From a virus (Duplodnaviria > Caudoviricetes), in IMG/VR virus record IMGVR_UViG_3300045253_000079, positions 1-58,954 of that record: a stretch of DNA of 58,954 nucleotides. The stretch is one strand, 5' to 3'. Positions 16,751 to 25,321 of the stretch are shown here, in pieces. The translations under genes were made by a program, and so were the position numbers. The notes under the pieces were generated by a model. That model had not been told where the DNA came from, did not search any database, and saw only the letters and a list, made by a program, of their open reading frames with translations. Within the stretch, counting starts at the first letter, position 1; each line of letters starts with the position of its first letter.

Positions 16751-17617
16751 ATGCCGTCTCCCAACCTTGCCGCGAATGTTCCCGCGGTCGAATCGGTGCT
16801 CAGGACCTTTCGGTTCAAGACCTACACCGACCTCGCAACCACCCGCACCATCCTCGGGGAGCAGATCCGCCTGTCGATGCAGCACCCCGAGGCGTACCAG
16901 ATCCCGATCGACCAGCTGTGCCCGGAGCTCTCCAGCGGGCAGGTGCCCGCGCAGTTCGTGCATCCGTGGAACATCGCGGCGGCACTGATGAACGTGTGCG
17001 TGTCGGGCCTGCGGTTCGGTGGCGACAACCTCGCGCCGCAGGAGGACCTGCAGGTGTACGTGGGCGAGTGGACACGCCTGCAGGACTGCACGTTCCCCAG
17101 CGCGGTGCTGGCGAAGCACGAGGACCCGAAGCCCAAGCTGCCGGTCGCCACGGCCAGCGAGGTGGTGCAAAGCACGCTTGCCGGGGATGACAGTTCGACC
17201 GGCGGCGAGCCCCTCCAACCCGAGTTGCTCGGCGCCGACGGCCTGCCGAATCCGTCGATCCACGCCGAGCGCACGGGCCAGACCGGGCGTCCGCAGAAGT
17301 CGCCGTTCACCAAGCAGCTGCGCGAGCGGTCGAAGGTGGGCGCCGAGCCGTTCTGGATGGCGCACTTGCGCGTCTCATTGAAGCGGATCTTCACCCGCTC
17401 GCCGGCAGCGGCGGTCGACCCGAGCAGCGACGGCGTGGGTCCGGTGCAGACTTACATGGCACTGGTGCAGCTGCTGCAGATCGCGCTGGCCGATGTGCCG
17501 GGCCACGTCACCGCTGCGCAGTTGAAGCATTACCTCGCCACGATCGACGCGCAGGTGGCGGGGATCCAAGACGCGAAGGCGGCCAACCAGCTGCGTCGCG
17601 CGTTGTTCTCCAAGTAA
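16751..17617 (+). CDS. hypothetical protein (288 aa)
   Basis: AGGAG SD; phage-like codon usage. Confidence 0.7.
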   Translation: MPSPNLAANVPAVESVLRTFRFKTYTDLATTRTILGEQIRLSMQHPEAYQIPIDQLCPELSSGQVPAQFVHPWNIAAALMNVCVSGLRFGGDNLAPQEDLQVYVGEWTRLQDCTFPSAVLAKHEDPKPKLPVATASEVVQSTLAGDDSSTGGEPLQPELLGADGLPNPSIHAERTGQTGRPQKSPFTKQLRERSKVGAEPFWMAHLRVSLKRIFTRSPAAAVDPSSDGVGPVQTYMALVQLLQIALADVPGHVTAAQLKHYLATIDAQVAGIQDAKAANQLRRALFSK

Positions 17618-17653
17618 CTCCACGGGCATGGACGCCCTCTCGTAAGGAAAACC

Positions 17654-17851
17654 ATGAACACGACCGCATCAGCGGCCGACTTCCAGAGGCTGAACCCGCA
17701 GCTGCAGGGCTCGATCATCGAGCTCCTGCAGGTGTGCCAGCGCAACTGCATGACCTGCCGTTGCGAGCTGGTCGGACGCGACTTCATCATCGTCGTGGGC
17801 CGAGGATTCAGTTCCCCGAAGTACTGGCTGGACATGTACGAACGAGCGTAG
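17654..17851 (+). CDS. hypothetical protein (65 aa)
   Basis: TAAGGA SD and AACCATG start. Confidence 0.6.
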   Translation: MNTTASAADFQRLNPQLQGSIIELLQVCQRNCMTCRCELVGRDFIIVVGRGFSSPKYWLDMYERA

Positions 17852-17922
17852 TCTTGACATAGCCATACTATGTACACATTGGGCAGCCTTGCCCGATGTA
17901 ACCCCATGATCTACCCCGCCCG

Positions 17923-17939
17923 GTTATGCCGGGCATAAC
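17923..17939. promoter_or_regulatory. 17-bp palindrome copy 8
   Basis: GTTATGCCGGGCATAAC just before the AAA ATPase SD. Confidence 0.85.
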
Positions 17940-17954
17940 CAAGGATTACAAACC

Positions 17955-19046
17955 ATGAGCAGGATCAATGCCATTCCCTCGACCGAACTCGCCACCCTGA
18001 TCCGGGTGTTCTTCCTCGCCAAGCGCACGATGTACGCCGTCGGCAAGCCGGGCATCGCCAAGACCGCGATGGTCCGCAAGGGTTGCGAGGATGTCGGCAA
18101 GGCGCTCGGCAAGCCCTTCGTGGTGCGCGAGCTGCATCTGGCCAGCATGTCCGAGGTGGACATCCGCGGCTACCTGATCCCCGACGGGGACGACAGCAAG
18201 TTCACCAAGCCCGAGTTCTGGCGGGTGGTGGAGGCCAACGAGTACGGGTGCCTGTTCCTCGACGAGTTCCCGCAGGCGCCGCACGAAGTGCAGAAAGCCG
18301 TCGCGCCGCTGATCCTTGAGCGCCGCATCGGTGAGTGGTATCTGCCTGACGGCTGGATGGTGGTGTGTGCCGGCAACAGCATCGAGGACAACAGCGGTGC
18401 GAACTCGCTGCTGGCGCACGTCCTCAACCGCATGAGCCGCATCGAGGTGTGTGCGCCGGACGTGGACGAGTGGATCACGTGGGCTGCGCAGAACAACCTG
18501 CCGCCCGAGCTGATCGCGATCGCGAAGCTGCGCCCGGACATCGTGTTCAATTCCGACATCCCGTCGGAGCCCGACACGCCCTACTGCACCCCGCGTTCTC
18601 TCCACGCGTTGGGCGACATCGCCAACGCCTACACGGGTGGTCTGGTCGAGATGGTGGCGTGCCCGACGGGCATATCCATCCTCAACGGCACGATCGGGCA
18701 GGGGCCGGCGGTCGAGGTCGCTGCGATGGTGCGCACCTCCATGCGCCTGCCGTCGTATCAGGACGTGATGGCCGACCCGGAGAAGTGCCCCGTGCCGACC
18801 AAGCAGGACGAGGCGTACGCGATGGCGATGCTGGTGGCCGTGCGCGGCGATGCGAAGCGTGACGCGGGCAAGCCGGTGCAGTACCTCGGCCGGTTCCCGC
18901 CGAACATCGCGCTGGCCGGGATCATGCCGCTGATCCGCAGGGACGGTGAGTTCCTCAAGACCAAGGAGATCGCGCGGTGGGTGATCGCGAACAAGGAGAT
19001 CACCAACAAGTTCCGCCACTACCTGACGCTGGCGAAGGGGAAGTGA
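17955..19046 (+). CDS. MoxR/CobS-like AAA+ ATPase
   Basis: Walker A GKPGIAKT, Walker B LFLDE, sensor CAGN, LNR arginine finger, TPRS. Confidence 0.88.
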   Translation: MSRINAIPSTELATLIRVFFLAKRTMYAVGKPGIAKTAMVRKGCEDVGKALGKPFVVRELHLASMSEVDIRGYLIPDGDDSKFTKPEFWRVVEANEYGCLFLDEFPQAPHEVQKAVAPLILERRIGEWYLPDGWMVVCAGNSIEDNSGANSLLAHVLNRMSRIEVCAPDVDEWITWAAQNNLPPELIAIAKLRPDIVFNSDIPSEPDTPYCTPRSLHALGDIANAYTGGLVEMVACPTGISILNGTIGQGPAVEVAAMVRTSMRLPSYQDVMADPEKCPVPTKQDEAYAMAMLVAVRGDAKRDAGKPVQYLGRFPPNIALAGIMPLIRRDGEFLKTKEIARWVIANKEITNKFRHYLTLAKGK

Positions 19047-19047
19047 C

Positions 19048-20283
19048 ATGAAAACCGTGATCCTCAACGAAGCCTACATGCCTGAGGACGTGTGGGTCCC
19101 CAACCCGCTGGGCGTCCAGCGGTTCGAGGAGGGCGTGCAGGCCGTGCTGCTGTCGCAGCCGTTCTTCGCGTCGCTCCTGATGAAGATGAACCATCAGGCC
19201 AAGCCGTGCGGCACCGCGGGCGTCAACGGGCGCGACCTGATGTACGACCCGGAGTTTTTCGCCAAGATGGACATGGACGAGGCGATGTTCGTGGTGTGCC
19301 ACGAGGTGCTCCACTGTGCGTGGGACCAGCTGCACCGCGCGCAGGCGTATCACACGGCGAACGTCGGCCCGGATGGGCAGGAGTACGACCATCAGCTGTT
19401 CAACATGGCGATGGACTACCCCGTGAACGCATCGCTGGTGGAGTCGTGCATCGGCAAGGTGCCCAAGTTGGTGCAGTGCTGCCTCGACCAGAAGCGGTTC
19501 CCGTCGAGCATGACGCCCGAGGAGGTGTACTGCGAGCTGAAAAAGGACCAGAAGAAACAGGGCGGCAAGCTGGGCAACGGACCCCCGGGACCGGGCGAGC
19601 CGGGCGGGCATCAGGTGCTCGACCAGCATGGTGAGCCGTCCACGGACCCGCAGTCGATCACGGCAGCGGACGTGCAGCAGGCAGCGAACCTGTGCGAGGC
19701 GCAGCGCGGCACCCTGCCGGCGGGCATCGACCGCCTGCTGGGCCAGATCAAGCGCCCGCCTGTGAGCCCGTGGCGGCGTTTGCGGCAAGCGGTGGTCACC
19801 TCCCTCAAGGGATACGACTCGACGTCGTGGCGGCGCCTGCACCGCACCCTGATCGTGCGTCGGATCGGAGTCCCCGGCCGGATCGCGCACGGGTCCGGGA
19901 CGATCGGGATCGTGGTGGATACGTCGGGCTCGATCGGCGAGGCGATGCTGAACCTGTTCGGCTCGCACATGGCGGCGATCATCGACGACGCGCGTCCGGA
20001 GAAAGTGTTCCTGTACTGGACCGACGCGGCGATGCACAGGCGGGACGAGGTGAAGTCCTCGACCGCACTGCGCTCGCTGCTGACCAAGCCGGTGCCCGGT
20101 GGTGGCGGCACCGACATGCCCGTCGGCGTGCGCTGCGCGGAGGAGGACAAGTGCGACTGCGTGGTGGTGCTCACGGACGGCTACACCCCGTTCTGTGGCT
20201 CCAAGAAAAAGCTGGTGTGGGCGATCACCTCGCACAACGTCAGCGCCCCGAAGGGTATGGGAGAAACCATCCACATCACCTGA
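19048..20283 (+). CDS. DUF2201-like metallopeptidase fused to a vWA domain
   Basis: HEVLH zinc motif; MIDAS DTSGS; GGGGTD; VLTDGY. Confidence 0.88.
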   Translation: MKTVILNEAYMPEDVWVPNPLGVQRFEEGVQAVLLSQPFFASLLMKMNHQAKPCGTAGVNGRDLMYDPEFFAKMDMDEAMFVVCHEVLHCAWDQLHRAQAYHTANVGPDGQEYDHQLFNMAMDYPVNASLVESCIGKVPKLVQCCLDQKRFPSSMTPEEVYCELKKDQKKQGGKLGNGPPGPGEPGGHQVLDQHGEPSTDPQSITAADVQQAANLCEAQRGTLPAGIDRLLGQIKRPPVSPWRRLRQAVVTSLKGYDSTSWRRLHRTLIVRRIGVPGRIAHGSGTIGIVVDTSGSIGEAMLNLFGSHMAAIIDDARPEKVFLYWTDAAMHRRDEVKSSTALRSLLTKPVPGGGGTDMPVGVRCAEEDKCDCVVVLTDGYTPFCGSKKKLVWAITSHNVSAPKGMGETIHIT

Positions 20284-20300
20284 GTTATGCCCGGCATAAC
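20284..20300. promoter_or_regulatory. 17-bp palindrome copy 9, abutting a hairpin at 20299-20325
   Basis: GTTATGCCCGGCATAAC right after the TGA, then ACCCGGCTCC-CTC-GGAGCCGGGT-CTTT. Confidence 0.85.
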
Positions 20301-20355
20301 CCGGCTCCCTCGGAGCCGGGTCTTTCAACCATGATCTAAACTATTGGAGAATCAC

Positions 20356-21240
20356 ATGGACCTCGCAAACCTGAACGACCGCGCCTCCCTCGTCTACCTG
20401 CGCATCGGCGCGTGGTCGGCACGCAAGCTCGACCGCACGGCCACCAAACACGTGACCGACGACAACGGCGCTACCGCGGACGCCGCGCGCGTGAACAAGC
20501 ACCTGCTGGCCAACGCCGACAAGCAGCTCAAGGACATCCAGAAGATCGGGTCCGAAGCGCGCCGCTACGTCGAGTCGTGCACGCTGCCGTGGGACGACGC
20601 CGGCAACCGGCTGCTGCCGAACGAAGCCACGCTCGAAACCGTGACCCAGCTCACCGGGTACGAGCACCAGTACAACGACGCGGTGGCCGAGTTCATCGAC
20701 CTGTACCCGGACCTGCGCGAGCAGGCGAAGCTGGCGCTGGGCACGCTGGCCAACGACGACGACTACCCGCCGGCCGAGGCGATCCGCGACAAGTTCTCCT
20801 ACCGGCTGAGCTTCAACCCGGTGCCGGTGAAGTTCAACGACCTGCGCACGGGGCTATCCCCGGAGCAGGCCAGCGCGATCAGCCAGCACTTCGAGGCGAA
20901 CGCCAAGCGGCAGGTGCGTGACGCGCTGACCACGGCGTGGAAGCGCCTGCAGGAAAACCTGATGCGCTACAGCGACCGCCTCAAGATCAAGGACGACGGG
21001 TCGGGCAAGATGGAGGTGTTCCGCGACTCGATGGTTGAGGGCATGCGCGACACGTGCAGCATGCTCAAGGCGATGAACGTGTTCGACGACGACGATCTGG
21101 AGCGCATCCGGATCGAGGTCGAGCGCGAGATCTGCCAGTTCGACGCCGACCAGCTGCGCGGGAACCAGCTGCTGGCCATGAGCGTGAAGTCGAAGGCCGA
21201 CGACATCCTCGCCAAGATGCGCGAACATCTGGGCCTGTGA
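20356..21240 (+). CDS. DUF3150-like helical protein
   Basis: WSARKLD, TLPW and DYP..E.IRDKF motifs; typical neighbour of AAA/vWA pairs in phages. Confidence 0.6.
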   Translation: MDLANLNDRASLVYLRIGAWSARKLDRTATKHVTDDNGATADAARVNKHLLANADKQLKDIQKIGSEARRYVESCTLPWDDAGNRLLPNEATLETVTQLTGYEHQYNDAVAEFIDLYPDLREQAKLALGTLANDDDYPPAEAIRDKFSYRLSFNPVPVKFNDLRTGLSPEQASAISQHFEANAKRQVRDALTTAWKRLQENLMRYSDRLKIKDDGSGKMEVFRDSMVEGMRDTCSMLKAMNVFDDDDLERIRIEVEREICQFDADQLRGNQLLAMSVKSKADDILAKMREHLGL

Positions 21241-21830
21241 TGCTGCAGTCCTTCATCGACTCGGTGAGGGAACAGGTGAGGCTTCGGCCTCACCTGTCGG
21301 CGTTCGTCCCCTTGATCCATAAACTGCCGGAACACATGGAGTGGAAGTCCAAGCAGACGGCGGTGGCGTTGTGCGCGGACTCCGTAGTGCTGTGCCACCG
21401 GGGGCTGCCGTACCCGGCTGCGCTGGAGACGCTGCGCACGGCGATGGCGCGCGACCGCTTGAAGATGCGGGCGGTGCGGCTGATGAACCAGCAGCAGGCG
21501 CTTCAAGCGTTCGGCCCGGTAGGCGGCCTGATCATGCAGGCACTCGATGACCCGGAGGATGACCCGTACCTGCACGCGCTGCTGATGGCCGTGGAGAAAC
21601 CTTACGGGGAGCGTGAGCCGGTGTTCGGTCGGCACACCTACACAGAAAGTTATGTGTCCATGCCGGTAGGGATGAAAAGCGAGTGGCAGGTGGGGCTTAT
21701 CGAGCGCATCTCGCTTGACCGTGCCAAACTACTTTACAATGCGGCCACGAACGGGCAACATCTGAAACCTGAGTTCTGTGTGGGAGTGAACAATGAAATC
21801 TTTGAAGAAGATCAACAAGCGATACGGTAA
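21240..21830 (+). CDS. hypothetical protein
   Basis: TGATG coupling to the upstream gene. Confidence 0.6.
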   Translation: MLQSFIDSVREQVRLRPHLSAFVPLIHKLPEHMEWKSKQTAVALCADSVVLCHRGLPYPAALETLRTAMARDRLKMRAVRLMNQQQALQAFGPVGGLIMQALDDPEDDPYLHALLMAVEKPYGEREPVFGRHTYTESYVSMPVGMKSEWQVGLIERISLDRAKLLYNAATNGQHLKPEFCVGVNNEIFEEDQQAIR

Positions 21831-22203
21831 GCTCTCGGTGCTGTCCGAGGACACGGTGGACGGGCGCCGCACGGCGCTCGTCCAGTGTTCGTGCGGTCAG
21901 CAGAAGCGGGTGATGGTCGACGCCCTCACAGCCGGCCGCACGCGGTCGTGCGGCCGGTACGAGTGCAAGTACGGCAAGGCCAAGCGCGTGAAGGGTTACA
22001 CCCCGACCGGCTCGCGCACGCTGCCGCTGGGAAAGATCCAAGAGGCATGGGATCTGACCACGCGGCTGGTGGACCGCAAGACCACGCCCGAAGCGTCCAA
22101 GCGCCTGCGGGTGCCCGTCCACAGGGTCTATGCGGTGATCCGCAGCGTGCGTCGGGCGGGCGGCATCGACCAGTACATGAAGGCAGTAGGTGCACCCGGT
22201 TGA
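21793..22203 (+). CDS. basic putative DNA-binding protein (homing-endonuclease-type N-terminal Zn module plus HTH-like tail)
   Basis: RYGKLSVL...QCSCG...GRTRSCG; C-terminal TTPEASKRLRVPVHRVYAVIR is HTH-like. Confidence 0.6.
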   Translation: MKSLKKINKRYGKLSVLSEDTVDGRRTALVQCSCGQQKRVMVDALTAGRTRSCGRYECKYGKAKRVKGYTPTGSRTLPLGKIQEAWDLTTRLVDRKTTPEASKRLRVPVHRVYAVIRSVRRAGGIDQYMKAVGAPG

Positions 22204-22247
22204 CCCCGGGTGCATCATGACAGTTCATTGATCAGGAGAGCCGTGCC

Positions 22248-22478
22248 ATGGCACCCAAGCCCCGCAACTACAAGCGCGAAGATGCGATGTACGAGGACAA
22301 CCCCGTGCAGGTGAAAGAGCGCGAGAACCGGAACACGGCGCGTCGACAGGCCGAGAAGAAAGGTCAGGTGCACAAGGGCGACGGGCTGGAGGTCGACCAC
22401 AAGGACGGCAACCCGCTGCACAACAGCCCGAAGAATCGGCAGATCCTCACGCGTCACGCCAACAGGAAGAAAGCCTGA
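22248..22478 (+). CDS. small HNH endonuclease
   Basis: EVDHKDGNPLHNSPKN...HANR. Confidence 0.8.
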   Translation: MAPKPRNYKREDAMYEDNPVQVKERENRNTARRQAEKKGQVHKGDGLEVDHKDGNPLHNSPKNRQILTRHANRKKA

Positions 22479-22663
22479 TGCCATTCAACTGCCCGTGTCC
22501 AAAGTGTGGCAGCGGGCGGTGGGCGCACAGGGATGCTTCGACACCCCAGTACTACGCACAGGCTGTGTGGTGCCTTGACTGCAACTTCACGATGCCTGTT
22601 GACGACTGGCCCAAGTCCGAGACGTTTGTACCACCACGAACTGTTTACCCGAGGAAAAAATGA
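22478..22663 (+). CDS. small zinc-ribbon protein
   Basis: CPKC...CLDC. Confidence 0.6.
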   Translation: MPFNCPCPKCGSGRWAHRDASTPQYYAQAVWCLDCNFTMPVDDWPKSETFVPPRTVYPRKK

Positions 22664-22857
22664 ACCCGATCATGAAGTACTTCGCGTACCAACACGCGTA
22701 CCAACACCTGCCAGACAAGTTGCAGGGAGTGAGCAAGCCGTTCTTCGATCTGGCGTGGACGATGGATGCAGCCATGCCGGACAGCCCCGAGAAGTCGGCA
22801 GGCCTGCGCAAGCTGCTCGAAGCGAAGGACTGCTTTGTTCGGGCATCGCTGCCGTGA
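22660..22857 (+). CDS. conserved small helical-hairpin phage protein
   Basis: HLP..LQ.VSKPF...PEKSAGLRKLLEAKDC.VRA pattern; carries a 12-bp tandem duplication (AYQH x2). Confidence 0.7.
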   Translation: MNPIMKYFAYQHAYQHLPDKLQGVSKPFFDLAWTMDAAMPDSPEKSAGLRKLLEAKDCFVRASLP

Positions 22858-23051
22858 GCCGCGAAGCGTGGCAGCAGCGCGTTGTCGACGAGCAGGCGGA
22901 GCTCGACGAAAAGATCCTGCTGCTCGGGAACTTTTTCGGCACACCAACCTTCGCTGGGCTGAGTCCGCTGGAACGAGCGCGCATGTGCAACCAATACGAA
23001 GTGATGCAGCGTTACAGCGAGATCCTCGGAGACCGCATCAACGCATTCTAG
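22854..23051 (+). CDS. crAss001_48-like small coiled-coil protein
   Basis: GTGA coupling; QQRVVDEQAELDEKI...Q...M..YSEIL..RI..F. Confidence 0.7.
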   Translation: MSREAWQQRVVDEQAELDEKILLLGNFFGTPTFAGLSPLERARMCNQYEVMQRYSEILGDRINAF

Positions 23052-23067
23052 TTATGCCGGGCATAAC
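23051..23067. promoter_or_regulatory. 17-bp palindrome copy 10
   Basis: GTTATGCCGGGCATAAC sharing its first base with the TAG stop. Confidence 0.85.
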
Positions 23068-23123
23068 TGATGTCACACAGCGATATTTAAGAGAGTTGTG
23101 TCTACCGTAGCTGGGAGAGAGCT

Positions 23124-23504
23124 ATGCCGCAGAAACGATCACCCCTACGGGACTTGGCCGTAGGGCAGCGAGCCGCGTACTTCCCCACCGGGGCAGATAC
23201 GCTGGAGAAGTTGTACGAACGCCTCGACAAGGCGCGCGAGAACCTCAAGCGTCGGCTCGGCTGGGTGTTCGAGATCCACACCCAGAAGCAGCAGGGCGTT
23301 GTCGTGGTCGAGCGCCTCGACCACACCCTGCCGCGTCCGGCGCATTGCCGCCACCACCGCAAGCTCACAAAGGCGGAGCTGGCGAATCCACAGCTGGTGG
23401 CGCTGGTGCATGCCGCTCGCGATCGGGTTGCGTCAGAAAACGACTACTACGGGCATAATTCAGATCTGGTGGAAGCGCTGCAGTTCTACAAGGACATCCC
23501 GTGA
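23124..23504 (+). CDS. hypothetical protein
   Basis: GGAG SD; coupled to the next gene. Confidence 0.6.
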   Translation: MPQKRSPLRDLAVGQRAAYFPTGADTLEKLYERLDKARENLKRRLGWVFEIHTQKQQGVVVVERLDHTLPRPAHCRHHRKLTKAELANPQLVALVHAARDRVASENDYYGHNSDLVEALQFYKDIP

Positions 23505-23704
23505 AACTCGCAGGCGTGGTCCTCGACGCATGGAAGCTGGACATCTTCAAGCGCCACCTTGACGCTGCTGGGTTCGATTACACGCAGCAGCCCGGGATAA
23601 CAGACGGCACGCTGATCCTGAAAGTTAGCTACGAGTGGGTGTTTGAACTACAACCCATCATTGAAGCTGCAAACGCCGAGTGCGCAGCGAAAGGAAAGCC
23701 ATGA
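23501..23704 (+). CDS. hypothetical protein (67 aa)
   Basis: GTGA and ATGA coupling on the two sides. Confidence 0.6.
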   Translation: MKLAGVVLDAWKLDIFKRHLDAAGFDYTQQPGITDGTLILKVSYEWVFELQPIIEAANAECAAKGKP

Positions 23705-24159
23705 CAGTCATCGCTTACAAAGCCGGCATCCTCGCTGCGGATCGCCAGACGTCGATGCACAACAACCCGACTACCAAAGTCCGCCGCATGAAGAACGGCG
23801 ATCTGGTGGGTGGGTGCGGATCTGCTGCAGGCGTGCTGGCGCTGCTGGATGCGATGGACGCTCCGGTCGGAGCCACACGCAACACCGCTGAGCTGATGAA
23901 GGACTACAAGGGCGACGATCTCGTGTCTGGGATCCTCGTGCGGAAAGCGGACGGCAAGGTGTTTTCCTGCGAGTGGCCGTTTACGCACAACATTCCGATC
24001 GAGCTGCCGTTCTTTGCGCTCGGCTCCGGGCGCGAGTACGCGATGGGCGCCATGGCTGCCGGCAAGTCCGCGCAGCAGGCAATCGAGATCACCTCGATGT
24101 ATGAGTCTAACTGCGGCGGCGGCGTGGACTACCTGCACCTGTGCGGAGAAACTGCATGA
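23701..24159 (+). CDS. Ntn-hydrolase (HslV/proteasome beta-like) peptidase
   Basis: N-terminal MTVIA...LAAD (Thr nucleophile) and ALGSG..YAMGAM motif. Confidence 0.75.
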   Translation: MTVIAYKAGILAADRQTSMHNNPTTKVRRMKNGDLVGGCGSAAGVLALLDAMDAPVGATRNTAELMKDYKGDDLVSGILVRKADGKVFSCEWPFTHNIPIELPFFALGSGREYAMGAMAAGKSAQQAIEITSMYESNCGGGVDYLHLCGETA

Positions 24160-24335
24160 GCAGCGTGCGCGAGCAGCCCGTGCCTACCGAGGGGGCCGAG
24201 GGCGACCTGCGCGAGGGTGGCTACATCGACGAGATGGTGCCGAGCCCTAAGCCCCCGTTCGAGCAGATCGTGCGCCGTCGCTATGGCGACTGGGTGAAGT
24301 TCAACGGCAAGTGGGTGTGGAGGAATCGCAAGTGA
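24156..24335 (+). CDS. hypothetical protein
   Basis: ATGA coupling. Confidence 0.5.
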   Translation: MSSVREQPVPTEGAEGDLREGGYIDEMVPSPKPPFEQIVRRRYGDWVKFNGKWVWRNRK

Positions 24336-24658
24336 ACCCTGCCGACCTCCCGCTCGTCCTCGACGAGCTCACCAAGACCTACCCGGCGATCGTGCCGCAC
24401 ATCCGCGTGCTGACCCAAGCGCGCGACACCCCGTTTGCGGCAGCCGCCACGGAGCTGCTCAGCGCCCTGCTGGTGGCCTTCGACCGCGGACAGCAGTACC
24501 GCTGGCAGCTCAGGGATCTGTTGGAGCTGCGCGGCGGATGCGTTTACGCTCAAGCCATATCCACCGCTCACGGCAGAAAAGTGTGCGCAATGGCTGGATG
24601 CAAAGTTCAGTCGGCATGGCGAGGACGAAGATCGTCAATGCGCCGCCATGATTCGTAG
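24332..24658 (+). CDS. hypothetical protein (3' part doubtful)
   Basis: GTGA coupling; the codon pattern degrades after about 24540. Confidence 0.4.
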   Translation: MNPADLPLVLDELTKTYPAIVPHIRVLTQARDTPFAAAATELLSALLVAFDRGQQYRWQLRDLLELRGGCVYAQAISTAHGRKVCAMAGCKVQSAWRGRRSSMRRHDS

Positions 24659-24842
24659 ATTCGCCGCCCCGCAGCCCTACGCGTTGGTCGCCGCCCGCCA
24701 AGAGGTCACGGATGCGATGGTGGAACGTGCTCGCGCTGCATGGGTTGGCGCTGACCATAGCGAAGCGTGGACGAAGGATTATCTTGCATTGGTGCGAATG
24801 CGCGCCGCCCTAACCGCCGCATTGAAGGAGAATGATAAGTGA
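24435..24842 (+). CDS. hypothetical protein (start uncertain)
   Basis: C-terminal VTDAMVERA...MRAALTAAL is typical of small phage proteins. Confidence 0.4.
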   Translation: MRQPPRSCSAPCWWPSTADSSTAGSSGICWSCAADAFTLKPYPPLTAEKCAQWLDAKFSRHGEDEDRQCAAMIRRFAAPQPYALVAARQEVTDAMVERARAAWVGADHSEAWTKDYLALVRMRAALTAALKENDK

Positions 24843-25144
24843 GCCATTCTAACGCCGACATAGCGCGCAGGCTTCTGTCCTACACAAACCGCAATGTGCT
24901 GCTAGGCAACCCAGATGATGTACTGCTGCGTTTACTCAAGGATGCTGCGGCAGCACTCCAAGCCACAGCATTCCCGCATGTTCCGGATGCGGTCGATTCA
25001 GTCGATGCGAAGCGTTATCGCTGGCTGCGAACGCAGCCGGTAACAATCGACCACGGACGGATCGCTCCGGTACGCCCCGACAAACTGGATGCAATGATCG
25101 ACCGTGAAACAGCATCACGGGAACCGAACGCACGCAATGCGTAA
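24839..25144 (+). CDS. hypothetical phage protein (DAKRYRWLR motif)
   Basis: DAxRYRWLR...LDAxID motif common in small proteobacterial phage proteins. Confidence 0.6.
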   Translation: MSHSNADIARRLLSYTNRNVLLGNPDDVLLRLLKDAAAALQATAFPHVPDAVDSVDAKRYRWLRTQPVTIDHGRIAPVRPDKLDAMIDRETASREPNARNA

Positions 25145-25321
25145 CGGACCGCGAGTCCTCGGTACGCAGGTCCGCTCCGAGCGGTTGCGCCGAGCGCACG
25201 GAAAGCCGCAAAACTTTTGCGAGTTGCGGTTGGCGACGTGCAGAGCCGGAATAAATACCCGGCACAGCGGGAGGATGTCCCGCACTAAACTCGACGCCGC
25301 CCTATCGAAAGGAGAGAAGTC

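Noticed and set aside
17854-17882. Sigma-70 promoter at TTGACA upstream of the AAA ATPase
   Set aside because: No convincing -10 hexamer at 16-18 bp spacing.
10135-23067. CRISPR array made of the 17-bp palindromes
   Set aside because: Spacing is irregular (about 0.5-2.8 kb) and contains whole genes; no cas operon. The Cas4-like nuclease sits in the replication block.
10135-23067. Integron attC sites (GTTATGC / GCATAAC resemble core sites)
   Set aside because: The order is reversed relative to attC, the element is far too short, and no tyrosine recombinase is recognisable.
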